Assembly (NCBI RefSeq): GCF_001194135.2
Contig: NC_068989.1
Coordinates: 81,052,897-81,116,896, forward strand
From: Octopus bimaculoides
Taxonomy: Eukaryota
Direction: 5' to 3'
DNA length: 64,000 nucleotides
The notes under the pieces were generated by a model. The model worked only from the letters and a program-made list of their open reading frames with translations. It searched no databases and had not been told where the DNA came from. The position numbers were made by a program, and so were the translations under genes. This document shows positions 25,672 to 39,062 of the stretch, in pieces (position 1 is the stretch's first letter; every line of letters starts with the position of its first letter).

Positions 25672-25889
25672 AGCCATGGGTGTGACTGTTTGGTAAGAAG
25701 TTTGCTTCCAGACCACACGGTTCCAGGTTCAGTCCCACTGCATGGTACCTTCAGCAAGTATCTTCTACTATAGCCTTGGGCTGGCCAAAGCCTTGTGAGT
25801 GGATTTGGTAGACTGAAGCTGAAAGAAGCCTATCGTGTATGTGTGTGCGTGTGTNNNNNNNNNNAGCTGAAAGAAGCCTATCGTGTATG

Positions 25890-25923
<34 letters not shown>

Positions 25924-26190
25924 CGCATGTGTATACATGCATGCATGTGTATGTGTGTGTGTGCGTGCATGCGCGTGTGCATATGAACGTGCATGTCTGT
26001 GTTTCTACCCCACCACTGCTTGACAACTGATGTTGGTGTGTTTACACCTTTGTAACTTCATGGTTCAACAAAAGAGACTAATAAAATGAGTGCTAGGCTT
26101 AAAAAAAAAAATAAGTACAGGGGTTGATTCATTCAACTAAAGATTCTTCAACTCAGTGCCCCAGCATGGCAGAATTCAAATGACCAAAAG
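25672..26190 (+). mobile_element. SINE family B copy with expanded (TG)n
   Basis: Head, body and tail homologous to 24316-24673. Confidence 0.8.
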
Positions 26191-26764
26191 AAGTTTGTCC
26201 TGACATCATCCGTTAGTTGTAAACGAGTGTCACCATCTTGCAAGCAGTGTCTTTCATTTACAGTCTTCTGTGAGAACATGTCTGGTCATGGAGGAAATAT
26301 CACCTTATTTGGAAACAGGTGAAGTTTGGTGACAGGCAGGGCATCCAGCTGCAGAAAATCCACCTCAACAAATTCCACCCAATCTATGCAAGCATGGAAG
26401 GTTGGATGCCATAACGATGATGATGATGATGATGATGATGGAGGGGGAGTGGTGTTCGTGGTGGCAACTCAATGACTGCATGCCATATATATAGGTGCCC
26501 CCATATCCTTTATGTGTTATAAGAGACAACTTCAAAAATGATTAGTGACAGAAAGGTCGTCAGGCCATAAAACACAGCCTTGGAAATCCTGTACAACCCA
26601 TGCGAGCATGGAAAAGGAGATGCTACAGCAATGATGATGAAGAGAAAGATATTTCAATTCTGTAATTGTGACAGGTCACGTGAGGAGAGTCCCTCTAGGA
26701 ATGAAAAATGTAGCTGAGAATTTGTTGTTCTTCAGTCCTGCCACAGAAATAATTGAGCAAACAT

Positions 26765-27153
26765 GTTGTTTTTGGCATTCCGTCGCTTACGACGTCAAGG
26801 GTTCCAGTTGATCTGACCAACGGAACAGCCTGCTCGTGAAATTAACATGCAAGTGGCTGAGCACTCCACAGACACGTGTACCCTTAACGTAGTTCTCAGG
26901 GATATTCAGCGTGACACAGAGTGTGACAAGGCTGACCCTTTGAATTACAGGCACAACAGAAACAGGAAGTAAGAGTGAGAGAAAGTTGTGGTGAAAGAGT
27001 ACAGCAGGGTTCGCCACCATCCCCTGCCGGAGCCTCGTGGAGCTTTAGGTGTTTTCACTCAATAAACACTCACAACGCCCGGTCTGAGAATCGAAACTGC
27101 GATCCTATGACCACAAGTCCGCTGCCCTAACCACTGGGCCATTGCGCCTCCAC
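26765..27153 (-). mobile_element. Full-length tRNA-derived SINE family C
   Basis: Minus-strand head GGAGGCGCAATGGCCCAGTGGTTAGGGCAGCGGAC..GTTTCGATTC (A/B boxes) and (AAC)n tail; flanked by TGAGCAAACAT (26754-26764) and TGAGCAGACAT (27154-27164), an 11-bp TSD with one mismatch; colinear with 62193-62581. Confidence 0.92.
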
Positions 27154-27776
27154 TGAGCAGACATAAGATAAAAACAAAATTCCATTTGTGGCTACTCCCT
27201 CTTTTATTCAGACATTATATATCTACAATTATAAAAACCGAAACACCCTTCCTGTTTACGTCTTTTAAGATGGCAAACTGAGTTTAGGGAAATTTGGTTA
27301 TTATTTCTAGGAGGTCAACAAATAGCCATGCTCATGCTCACTCAACATGGATTAAATACTGTTTCTGGTGTCAGTAGTGATGATCGTGTTGGTGTTAGTG
27401 AGGGTGGCGTTGGTGATAGTGGCGTTGGTGTTGGTGGTAGTGTGGGTGATGGTGGTGTTGGTGTTGGTAATAAAACTATATTATGCAACCAGCTGTTGCT
27501 CTATTTGTTTAAGTAAGTATAGTGTCTAAGTACTGTTTAATTTGCAGAAAGAATTAAGATGTCATTATCTCATGTTTATTAAGAAAATATTCTTCAAGGT
27601 CAGTAAAATGATGGATAGTGGGCTGGGGCATAGTGAAACAGTGTAATTTTTCAGTTCAGCTGGCACAAAGCTGCAAGTTAAAAGCATCCATCACAGAAGT
27701 GGTGAAAGAGAGAATAATGTGCCTGAGGGCTACTGGTATATGGATGAATGCATTTTTCCAATCATACAGTCCAGGA

Positions 27777-28150
27777 CAGTGGTTCTCAAGCATTTTCTTT
27801 TACTCATGGACCCATTTGATTACTATTTTATTTTGGTGGACTCTCATAGCCATTCAATGTTTAAAAGCTAATTTCATAGATACTTCTTTGAAAATTCCTG
27901 TTTTGTTTTTCAACATTTACATGTATAGCTTTGCAATAGTGCTCTCTGAGAGAACATGTTTCAGTTGCCAAAAACATGCTAATGTAAAACACACCAGAGA
28001 AAGAAACCTAACTGTTTCTTTTGATATATACATCAAAATCAAAATTCTTTTGTGGACCCTTACAATACTACTGTGGATCCCTAATTTACTATTTTGCTTG
28101 CATGGACCTCTGAAAATCTTATATGGCTCCCCAGAGTCCATATGGATCCT
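27777..28150 (+). mobile_element. hAT-type non-autonomous element, right end decayed
   Basis: Begins CAGTGGTTCTCAA (hAT/Charlie-type terminus) with internal repeated TGGACCC-like subterminal motifs. Confidence 0.55.
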
Positions 28151-28779
28151 GCTAGGATGTTTTTATGTATAACAGCTATTCTGACCTAGATATGTAAATA
28201 TCAAGTCACACATAACAATATGTAAATAGTATACAAGTCACACATAAACTTTGTAGTGCGTCTGCTGATTAAAGTTGAAGTGTTTCCTAGCTCTGGAGTA
28301 GAAATCTTTGGAAATGTTAAGTATTTATGGTCTCCATAAAAGGTCATCAGAGTTTGTTTGACCAAAAGTTTGTCATGAGGCCGTGAATTCAAGGGTTTTA
28401 TATGTTCTTTATGGATAGAGAAGGAAAAAGTTGAAGTGTTGTGAAGCTGTTTTCTTTAATATATGTAGCAGCTGGTATAAAGCCACCTCCATCAATGCTA
28501 TACCCTCACTCAGTTGAGGAGTTGTCTTGCAAATTATTTGGTGACCTCACTAGTGCTGGTGCCACAGGGAAAGCACCCAGTGCACTCCATAATCTTGTTG
28601 GCATTAGGAAAGGCATCCAGCCATAGAAGCCATGCCAAAGCAGACACTGGAGCTCAGCACACTCTCCTAGTTTGTTAGTTCTTATTGAACCATTCAACCC
28701 ATGCCAGCATGGAAAATGGACATTAAATGAGGATAATGATAGAAACTAGATTGCCATTACATCCACAGTTAAGGTTGTT

Positions 28780-29230
28780 TTTCAGCTCTCTGTTCATTTT
28801 AGACAGAGTGATTTGGCATGAGGTGTCTATATTTAGGTTGCATATGGATGAAGCCTATATTGAAAGAGTTAAAAGTAAATGAGGGCTGGTATCATTTTTA
28901 CTGGAGTGTTTGTAGTTAGATGTAGCAGCCAGAACAGGTTCATCATTTAAGATTGTGTGGTTCAACTAGTATGAAGCTTCAAGTTCAAAGCATCAATTAT
29001 AGTAGTGGTAGAAGAGAGAATTAACGAGTCTGAAGATTATTGGTATTTCAGTGTGTGTATCTTTGCCAATCATATACAGAAGGAAGAGAAGGTTATAGGC
29101 AATTGAAGTAGCTAAAGAAGTAGAAGCTAGAATGTACAGCATAGGAAAAGACTAAAGTCTTTTAAGACACTCAGCAAGGAAGAGTTTATTGATCAGGTTG
29201 TATCTTTAATGAGAAGAAATATTTATAGCA
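28780..29230 (-). mobile_element. Decayed CR1/L2-type LINE C-terminal fragment
   Basis: Minus strand SLFYHYYN*CFELEAS resembles the motif at 15735-16070. Confidence 0.4.
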
Positions 29231-30610
29231 ATATTTTTCTTAACTGCTGTGATGGCAAGTACCAATGTTAAGCAAGAGTTTAGCTTCCAGTAAATATTAA
29301 TGCAATCCAGTTTCAATTCCCAGAAGTAATTTTACATCATTTATATCCATAACGAACTTGGGGAAGAAATGAATGTCAGACATTCTTTCTCTTCCTATAA
29401 ATATAATGTAATTTATGCCCAGTTACACAGAAATCAGTATTTCTCTATCCACAATGAATATGAAATTCACAGATGACCTGATCAATAGGTCGTTGACCTA
29501 ATGACACAAAGGGCAATGGATCCTACCATATAATTGCCCCATATATTCCATTCTGACTCAGGCTAACATTGTATGGGTTTTGAGGATAAGATGGAGTTCA
29601 CTCCAGTAAGTAGCTAGATAAAACTGTATAACAATAAAGATTATTTATTTTATTTAAAGTCAGGTCAAACACTGTAAAATGGTTGGTGTTAGGAAGGGTA
29701 TCCAGCTGTAGAAACCATGCCAAAGCTGACATCGGAGCCAGATACAGCTCTGTGGCTCATCAGGCCCTGTGAAACCACCCAACCCATGACAGGATGAAAA
29801 AAAAAAAAAATGATAATGGTGATGGTGATGATGATAGCTATGATGATGATGATGACGATGACAATGACGGCAACAATGACAACAACGACAATGTTGCAAC
29901 AGCATCAAATCATCACCATCATCATAATCATCATCATCCTCACCACCACTACCACCACCACTACCACCACNNNNNNNNNNNNNNNNNNNNNNNNNNNNNN
30001 NNNNNNNNNNNNNNNNNNNNNNNNNNNNNNNNNNNNNNNNNNNNNNNNNNNNNNNNNNNNNNNNNNNNNNNNNNNNNNNNNNNNNNNNNNNNNNNNNNNN
30101 NNNNNNNNNNNNNNNNNNNNNNNNNNNNNNNNNNNNNNNNNNNNNNNNNNNNNNNNNNNNNNNNNNNNNNNNNNNNNNNNNNNNNNNNNNNNNNNNNNNN
30201 NNNNNNNNNNNNNNNNNNNNNNNNNNNNNNNNNNNNNNNNNNNNNNNNNNNNNNNNNNNNNNNNNNNNNNNNNNNNNNNNNNNNNNNNNNNNNNNNNNNN
30301 NNNNNNNNNNNNNNNNNNNNNNNNNNNNNNNNNNNNNNNNNNNNNNNNNNNNNNNNNNNNNACTGCTACTATCACCCCCACCACCACTGTCATTGTTGTC
30401 ATCATAATTATTTATTGAGTACTTTGAGCCTTTAGGCTGTTGTTACACAATAAGGACATGAACTCTTGAATTTTGTAATTTTTTCTTTGTTTTTTTTCTT
30501 CTTTCTTTTTATTGCTCTTCCTGTTAGGGGTTTTCCACCATAATGGTGGCTTAGGTGGGATCTTGAAACTCGGAACATACAGAGCTACAACAGATGTCAG
30601 AAAAGTAATC

Positions 30611-30882
30611 TCATCATCATCATCATCATCGTTTAATGTCCGCTTTCCTGGCTAGCATGGGTTGGACGATTTGACTGAGGACTGGTGAACCAGATGGTCA
30701 CACCAGGCTCCAATCTGATTTGGCAGAGTTTCTACAGCTGGATGCCCTTCCTAACGCCAACCACTCCGAGAGTGTAGTGGGTGCTTTTACGTGTCACCCG
30801 CACAAAGGCCAGTCAGGAGGTACTGGCAATGGCCACGCTCGAAATGCCACCTGCACAGGAGCCAGTCCAGCGATACTGGCAA
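30611..30882 (-). mobile_element. RTE 3' UTR fragment
   Basis: (CAT)n followed by the reverse complement of the RTE 3' UTR with two subunits. Confidence 0.88.
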
Positions 30883-31586
30883 TTACATTGTCATCTGACA
30901 ATGTAATAATTCTACCAATTCACCACTTTGGACTGATACATTATTTATCGACCCCAAAAGGGTGAAAGACAAAGTTGACATTGGCTTAACATGAACTCAA
31001 AGTACTAGAGTACAGAGAGCTAGAACAAGCATCCACAAGCTATTTAATCTGAATCTCTAACGACTATGCCAAATTGCTGTTTTAAAACAGCTGTATGTAT
31101 TGAAACACATCTTACAGTTATGTTTCCTCATAACATTAACCTTAAACTTATATATTATCAAGTTTTGTGTTAAGCAAACCAATTTCTCTCATTTTACCTT
31201 CAGAGAAGGTCACTTCAGACTATAAGCAATTATCTTTTTTGCTTTTTCTGGCACTTTGGTAGAGAAAAATAGCACACAGAAAAAAAAACATATGCCATTA
31301 CATCTATGTATATATACCATTTCATAAATACCAAGCTGAAGAGGGGGAAACCCCTAAATGGCAACTTGCCATGCTAGAAATAGCATCTGGATCTCCCTCA
31401 AATCAGGTAATATTGTTATAAAAGCAGGCAGGACATATTGGACAGCTTAGTTATAGACATATAATGCTTGAACCTCTGATTTTCCCCACCAAAGAAACAA
31501 ATTCATGGGCAGAACATCTTTGACCATAGGTCAACTCAGTGAAGAAAGTCCTGGAGCTGAACAACACCACTAGCACTAGCACCACC

Positions 31587-31618
<32 letters not shown>

Positions 31619-32075
31619 CAACAACAAGACACTAAACAATTATGTTAAAACAAAAAACGTTTGTAAATTTTGTTATAAAAACCGATAATTGATCTATTAA
31701 ATTAATGTGATTTATTACCATTATCATTAATGGACTTTCCTGGCTCGCTTAGATATTTCATATGGGTTTTTTTTTCTTTCCCTTTTTATTATTTGAGTAT
31801 ACATTTTAAGCTAATTGAGTTTTGCTTTCAGCATTCTAAAATGCTCCATATTGATTTTAAAGAAAAATCTTATATTAAGATATTCGTTCTATTCATTCAA
31901 ATATGTGTGGCTTATTTAAAACAAATTGGCCGAGCATACTTTCTGAAAAAATTATGCCAAAAATACAATATGTATGTCTGTATATATATATATGTGTGTA
32001 TATGTGTGTGTGTACATGTATATACACACACCACACACATATATATGTATATATATATATATATGTATATGTATG

Positions 32076-32122
<47 letters not shown>

Positions 32123-32756
32123 NNNNNNNNNNNNNNNNNNNNNNNNNNNNNNNNNNNNNGCACACATACACATACACACCACACACACACACACACGTGT
32201 GCGCGGATTTAGTCTAACAATAATGTTGTAATCATTCAGAATATATCAAAATGTCAAAAGATGAAAAAAAAAAAAAAGAAGGAAAAATGCTGAGATAGAA
32301 TAAAAGACCAAACAAATATATAAAAGAAGGAAAAAGAGAGAGAAATAATGATTGTAGTTGCAGCTTCACAAATCACCTTTCATTTCCAAAAGTTTCTGCC
32401 ATTTCATTCATCATTATTGGTATTAGATCAAAAAATAGATGAAGAATGTTGATGTTGAGAGAAGCCACCAACCGTGCTACAAAAATAGTTGCTCTAAAAA
32501 TATGTGCTACCTATTTTTCTTCTTTTTTTTTTGTCTATGTAAAAATATTATTCTATAATTCTGAATTGTAAAATCAGAATTATGGAATATTTTCATGAAA
32601 TTTTTCAGTCCAATGGTGTTGGATACTCTTGTGACATATTCTTAAAGAAAAAAACCTTGAAAATATGACAAGCAGCAAAATGAAAATTTGCTTGTATTGT
32701 AATTGTACACTCTAGAAAGAGTGACAACACATATCTCCCTGTAAGACACCTTAGGG

Positions 32757-32880
32757 CAGTGTTTCTCAACCTTTTTACCCTTGCATAACCCTTAAAATAA
32801 ATTACATGTCTCAAGGAACCCATGCATAAAAAAAAAAAATTACATACAATATCTTTCTCATATTTTTTCATTGTAGTTCA
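32757..32880 (+). mobile_element. hAT-type element terminus
   Basis: CAGTGTTTCTCAACC terminus; no partner end found. Confidence 0.4.
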
Positions 32881-32890
32881 CATGGTAAAT

Positions 32891-32929
<39 letters not shown>

Positions 32930-32933
<4 letters not shown>

Positions 32934-33614
32934 GAGGTAGACCCAGGAAGACCTGGGATGAGGTGGTGAAGCATGACCTTTGAACATTGGGCCTCACCGA
33001 GGCAATGATTAGTGACCAAGACCTTTGGATATATGCTGTGCTTGAGAAGACTTGACAAGCCAAGTGAGACCATAACCCATGGTCTATACCAGTGGTGTAT
33101 AACCAGTCCACTTATGAGTATCCTTCATTCATTGGACAATAAACTTTGCTTGCGAAGACTTGTTGAGGCAAGTGAAATCAAAATTGCTGATGTGGCTGAT
33201 GACAGTACTGCCTGATAGAAACTTGTGCCAGTGGAACGTTAAAAGCACCATCCGAGTGTGATCATTGCCAGGGCTACTGACTGGCTCCAATGCCGGTGGC
33301 ACGTAAAAAGCACCATGCGAGCATGATCATTGCCAGCATTGCCTAACTGGCACATGTGCCGGTGACACGTGAAAAACATCATTTAAGCGTGGTCGTTGCC
33401 AGTACCGCCTGACTGACCCTTGTGTTGGTGGCATGTAAAAGCAGCCACTACACTCTTGGAGTGGTTGGCGTTAGGAAAGGCATCCAGCTGTAGAAACTTT
33501 GCCAGATCAGATTGGAACCTGGTACAGCCTTCTGGCTCGCCAGTCCTCAGTCAAACCGTGCAACCCATGCCAGGATGGAAAGTGAATGTTAAACAACGAC
33601 AATGATGATGATGA
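32930..33614 (+). mobile_element. 5'-truncated RTE LINE: ORF end plus complete 3' UTR
   Basis: RGRPRKTWDEVVKHDL*TLGLTEAMISDQDLWIYAVLEK, then a 3' UTR with four ~65-bp tandem subunits (33195-33446) and a (GAT)n tail. Confidence 0.9.
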
Positions 33615-33819
33615 TATATATATGTATATATAAATATATATATACATATATATAGGGTGTCCATAAGTTACAGACATCATTAAATATATCCCCAATGGTT
33701 GTTACATTTTTTTTTATAACATAATAGGTTAGACAGGATAAAGTCAATCTTGGTGGAATCTGAACTCAATGTAAAGAGTTAGAAGAAATAGCACATTTAT
33801 TCCCGAGGCTCTACTGCTA

Positions 33820-34015
33820 ACAATAATGGTTTCAAATTTTGGCACAAATTTTAGAGGAGGGGTGTAAGTCGATTGTAATAGTCCCAATACTCAACTGGTA
33901 TTTATTTTATCAATCCCCAAAGAATGAAAGGTAGAGTTAACCTCAGTGTCATTTGAACTCAGAACTTAAATCAGACAGAATGCCACAGAGCATTTTTGTC
34001 GATACTCTAATAATA
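33820..34015 (-). mobile_element. SINE family A copy
   Basis: Reverse complement of the family A core. Confidence 0.7.
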
Positions 34016-35110
34016 ATTATGAAACAGAAGAAAGGTGGGCAAATCAGAGGTGAGGGTCTAGGTTATAGAAGTGATAGACATTTTGTTAGTTTGTTGGAAT
34101 AGAAACCATTTAGTAATTACAGTAACAGTAAAAGAGCCAGAGGAAAGATACAGTATGTTGCTGAACAAATGTTTGCCAATAAGTCAAACTACATTTAATT
34201 AATTAATTAATTAATCTATCTATTTACTTATCTATTTTGTTGGGTGGTTACAATCTAGAATGTTTGTTGCATGTTACATATATGTGCATTGAAGGAAATT
34301 CAAACCAAAATATTGTTTGACTGAACTTTCCAAAGTACATTCCCTTCACATCTTGGATGTACTGGAAATCCATGCATACACACATACATAAAAAATACAT
34401 AATCCACAATATGGTGGATTATGCATCTCCAACTAGCAGGTCATTGCTACTCCAGACTGATGACAAGCAAAGACTCAGAAACATGTCTCTGGATGCAGGC
34501 TTAGCTAAGTGGAGGTGCTTGTCTCTCCCTTGTAAACATAAGGACACAGGAAGCGGTGCTGCTTCCTAGGGCTAAATAGCAGTAGTATTATTCCTTTCAT
34601 GGGACTGTCACATTAAGTTGACAGCATCCAACTACTTTATCGCATCACTACTGCATAAATCTCTCTGAGAGATTTAGAAATGTATTATTTCTATATTTCT
34701 ATATTTATATTTTTATATATTTATTATTTTAGGTTTTATAATTTTTTTAGATGCTGAAGTTTTAATTTTTTATATTGCGATAGACTGTATTCACTTTTTT
34801 CTATATGCTTGTCTAAATGAAATATTGTTTCATTTTCTGTGATTTTGTACATCCGTATTCTATGTATAACAAAAAGCATTATGTTTCTTTATATGTGATT
34901 AAATGTTCGAGATGTGATACATTAGTTGGATGACCTTGAATTTGTTGTTTGTTCTACAACCAAAGTTTGTTATACTCGTCTCGTTTACTTGAGCACTTCC
35001 CTTGCAGTCCTATTAACCCTCTTGTTCCTAATAAGAAACAATCACTATTATTGTTGATACATATATATCTGTGCATATGTTAGTATATATGTGTGTGTAT
35101 GTATGCATGT

Positions 35111-35413
35111 GAGTTATCAGAGGATGTGCAGATTAGTTATGGTTCAGTTCAGTCCATTATCACTAAAGATTTGAGTACGAGACGCGTGTCTGCCAAGTTT
35201 GTGCCAAAACTGCTTTCAGCTGACCAAAAGGACACTCAGGTTTTAGTTGCACAAGATCACATGCCACACACCTTCCTTCCAAGCACTGCTGTAAACAGCA
35301 GAAGTGAGCTAGAATGTTAAAACTTAGTGCGCACACACAGCAGAGTTCAAGGTCAATCTGTGTACTTTAGATTCATTACTATGGCAACAGTCTGGATACT
35401 TATTGAACAGGTC
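35111..35413 (+). mobile_element. Mariner transposase remnant (HTH and VPxxL linker) with adjacent terminal sequence
   Basis: ELSEDVQISYGSVQSIITKDLSTRRVSAKFVPKLLSADQKDTQVLVAQD, the mariner HTH plus WVPHEL-equivalent motif; followed by ACTATGGCAACAGTCTGGATACTTATTGAACAG, typical of a mariner end. Confidence 0.8.
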
Positions 35414-35652
35414 ACATATGTGTGTGTGAATGTGTGTGTGTGTGTGTGTGTGTGCATACACATATATATATATACACTCACATATATATATACACTCACA
35501 TATATACACACTCATTTACAACTATTACACAATTTGAAAGTAATAAGACAGAAACATAATTACACAGACACCCACACACATGCATGCATGCATACAGGCA
35601 TGCATACATATATATATACATACATACATACATACATACATACATACATACA

Positions 35653-35685
<33 letters not shown>

Positions 35686-35869
35686 GTGTGTATGACAGGC
35701 CTTTTTAAGTTTCTGCCTACCAAATCCAGTCATAAGGCTTTGGTCAGCTCAGAGATATTATGGAAAACACCTGTCCAAGTTGCTACACAGTGGGACTGAT
35801 CTTAGAACTATGCGGTTTGAAAGCAAAATTCTTACCTCAAGGCTATGCCTGAGATATATATATATATAT

Positions 35870-35922
<53 letters not shown>

Positions 35923-36539
35923 AAGAGAGAGAGCAAGCAATTTATGAAAGTAGCAGTTGATCTGTATTTTGTATTGCTTATGTATGTTGTAGAGTTCATA
36001 AGGAAAAAGAAAACTATATATTATTGATTTGATTCTGGAAAATATTGTTTAGATATCAGTTTAATCGTTATTTACTCTTATTTGAATATATGTCTTTATC
36101 ATGAGAAAATTACATATGGTCGTTTTGACTTTGCATGTAGTAAATAAATAAAAAAAACAGAAAAAAGAAAATTTCAGTTACCATGTTTTTTTAAACACAT
36201 TTCTGATGAAAAATAACAATCCAGAAAATTACGATGTTATTATTTAACAACAAATCAACTCAGACATTTAAACAAATAATTGTGAATATGATGGAAAATT
36301 ACACATACAAAGAGAAAGATGTGATATTTAGCAGTCACTTAGGCAATGATAATTTTTGACAAATGGCATGAAATTACAATAGAATCTGAGAGCGAGCTTT
36401 ATGTAAAACCAGCCTGAACAATAATTATAGTATTATTAATACAAAAAAAGCACTTAAAGCTGAAAGTTATCTAATTACTTGACAAATACAGAGTTTGAAG
36501 TATAACAGTGTGAGATGACTTAAATTAAACTGTTATACC

Positions 36540-36755
36540 AGGAAGTGGCAGAATTGTTAGAACATTGCAAAAACTGTTTTTCGGTATTTCTTCTGGCATT
36601 TTACATTCCGAGTTTAAATTCCACTGAGGTCAACTTTGCCTTTCATCCTTTTTGTGGGTTGATAAAACAAATATAAGTTGAGTTCTGGGGTTGATGTAAT
36701 CCACTAACCTCCTTACTCTGAAATTGCTGGTCCAGTGCCAAAATTTGAAACCACT
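36540..36755 (+). mobile_element. SINE family A copy
   Basis: Family A core sequence. Confidence 0.75.
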
Positions 36756-37345
36756 ATTCCTTCTCCTCCTCCTCCTCCTCCTCCTCCTCACCATCATCAT
36801 CATCATCATCATCACCACCACCANNNNNNNNNNNNNNNNNNNNNNNNNNNNNNNNNNNNNNNNNNNNNNNNNNNNNNNNNNNNNNNNNNNNNNNNNNNNN
36901 NNNNNNNNNNNNNNNNNNNNNNNNNNNNNNNNNNNNNNNNNCACCATCATCATCATCATCATCATCATCATCATTTAACGTCCGTTTTCGAAGCTGGCAT
37001 GGGTTGGATGGTTTGCCAGGAACAGGCAAGTCAGAAGACAACACTAAGCTCTACTGTTTGCTTTGGTATGGTTTCTATGGCTGGATGCCTTTCCTAATGT
37101 ACTGGGTGCTCTTTACATGGCACCAGCATCAGTGAGGTCACCAAATAACTTGCAGGACAAGACCCCTCAACAGTGGGGAGAGTAGTCTTGGGGGACAGTA
37201 AAGGTGTCTTGTATTAGAAGAGAGACATGGCTTCCTCAGATGGGGGAAGAGAGAGAGGAGAGAAAGATGGTAAAGCTATGACTAGGAGGGGGTAGGGGCT
37301 GAACACCCAAGTTACGGGGTGGTGTATATAGTGGAGTGGACTGGG

Positions 37346-37700
37346 GATTGGAGAGGGTGGGCAGGGCAGTGATTTCACAATCATTCAAAAGGTGGGTCAG
37401 AGTTAAAGGTTATAGGGAAGGGGTTTAACAGGGGTGGCTTAGTGGTTAGGGTGTTAGACTCATGATCATAAGATTGTGGTTTCGATTCCTGGACCAGCCG
37501 AAAGGTTGTGTTCTTGAGCAAAACATTTCATTTCATGCTGCTCCAGTCAACTCAGCTGGCAAAAATGAGTAATCCTGTGATGGACCAGTGCCCCATCTAA
37601 CCACTAAGCCACCCCTGTTAAGTCCCTTCCCTCTAACCCTTAACTCTGACCCACCTTTTGAACTATTGTGAAATCACTGACCTGCCAACCCTCTCCAATC
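37346..37700. repeat. ~104-bp inverted duplication enclosing a family C-like SINE body
   Basis: 37346-37449 and 37597-37700 are reverse complements with a few substitutions and indels; the spacer continues as SINE head GGTGTTAGACTCATGATCATAAGATTGTGGTTTCGATTCC. Confidence 0.85.
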
Positions 37701-37964
37701 TGCCACCACCAACAACACCACCACCACCACCGCCGCCATCGTCATCATCATCATCATCATCATCACCATGGAAACCAGGAAACTGGCCCCTGTGAGTTGG
37801 CAAGATTCAAGAAAGTAACTTTTTATTTAACAGGAGCATATTGTGTGCGGGTAGGTAGGTGAACACATGATGGAAAATGGAGGTGGGGGTGAACGGCAGT
37901 GGTGAGTATGAGTAGGAGAGAGAGGGTGTCATGGATATAGATTTTACTTTACTGGGTGCCAGGT

Positions 37965-38826
37965 TCTTTGTCATCTCCTTGGTGAGGCTCAACATCTCAA
38001 GATCATTTCAAACCACTTCGTCCCACATCTTCCTGGGTCTTTATCTTCCACAGGTTCTTTCCATATTTAGAGACTGGTACTTCTTTATGCAGCTGTCCTC
38101 ATCCACTTACATCACATGACCATACCAGTGCAGCCTTCTCTCTTGTTCACTACAACTGATCCCTCTTATACCTAGTTTCTCTCTCAAAACACTTACACTT
38201 TGTCATACTCTCTTTTACTCTTTTACTTGTTTTAGTCATTTGACTGTGGCCATGCTGGAGCACCGCCTTTAGTCAAGCAAATCGACCCCGGGACTTATTC
38301 TTTGTAAGCCTAGTACTTATTCTATCGGTCTCTTTTGCCGAACCGCTAAGTGACGGGGACGTAAACACACCAGCATCGGGTGTCAAGCAATGCTAGGGGG
38401 ACAAACACAGACACACAAACACACACATATATATATATCTATATATACGACGGGCTCCTTTCAGTTTCCGTCTACCAAATTCACTCACAAGGCTTTGGTC
38501 GGCCCGAGGCTATAGTAGAAGACACTTGCTCAAGATGCCACGCAGTGGGACTGAACCCGGAACCATGTGGCTGGTAAGCAAACTACTTACCACACAGCCG
38601 CTGGCTTCATTTCTTTCAAGCCATCACATGTACCATAGCTGTCCATACACAGACATCATACAGTCTGTCTTTCACAGTGGAAGCAAAGCCATTGGTAACA
38701 CACAAAGATAATAACTCTCAGAACTTTGCCCAGCTAGTTCTTATTCTAGTAACTACGTTTTCAGAGCAGCCTCCACCACTGCTTATTTGGTCACCTTGGT
38801 AACGAAAACTATCTACTACCTCCAAG
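37965..38826 (-). mobile_element. RTE LINE 3' ORF fragment split by a SINE B insertion
   Basis: Minus strand LEVVDSFRYQGDQISSGGGCSENVVTRIRTSWAKF (38826-38720), LERNEAS (about 38600-38620), then after the SINE the WYGH..RPRKMWDEVV-like region (38200-37965). Confidence 0.8.
38206..38600 (-). mobile_element. Young full-length SINE family B nested in the RTE fragment
   Basis: CpG-rich near-consensus reverse complement of the family B sequence with a GTAAAAGA tail. Confidence 0.92.
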
Positions 38827-39028
38827 GATCCCACATTTGAGGAAATCTATTTTCTGCACATTCTTAGTGTTCATTGTACGTGCACATCTACCACATACAA
38901 AGAATACTTCCTCTGTTAACCTTCCTGTGATTCCACTGCACCTCTTATGTGTCCATAGTTTGCACTGGAATGTCTATCTATGCCTTATCTACACAATAAA
39001 GGTGGTGGTGACATCATCATAATCGTCG

Positions 39029-39062
<34 letters not shown>

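Noticed and set aside
25817-25902. 38-bp direct duplication either side of a 10-N gap
   Set aside because: Typical unmerged contig overlap at a microsatellite, so an assembly artefact.
24316-27153. tRNA genes suggested by A/B-box sequences
   Set aside because: The boxes belong to SINE heads that continue into repeat bodies with tails and TSDs; no complete cloverleaf.
33260-33325. Twister ribozyme resemblance (TGCCGGT...GTAAAA) in the RTE 3' UTR unit
   Set aside because: Lacks the CCCAAGCCCGG/GAGGG pseudoknot elements and the P1 UAA cleavage context of twister; HDV-like topology is also not evident.
34690-35040. Possible Penelope GIY-YIG remnant on the minus strand (GLQGKCSSK...)
   Set aside because: Only a few residues resemble the CPLxGKC motif and the rest is too decayed to support a call.
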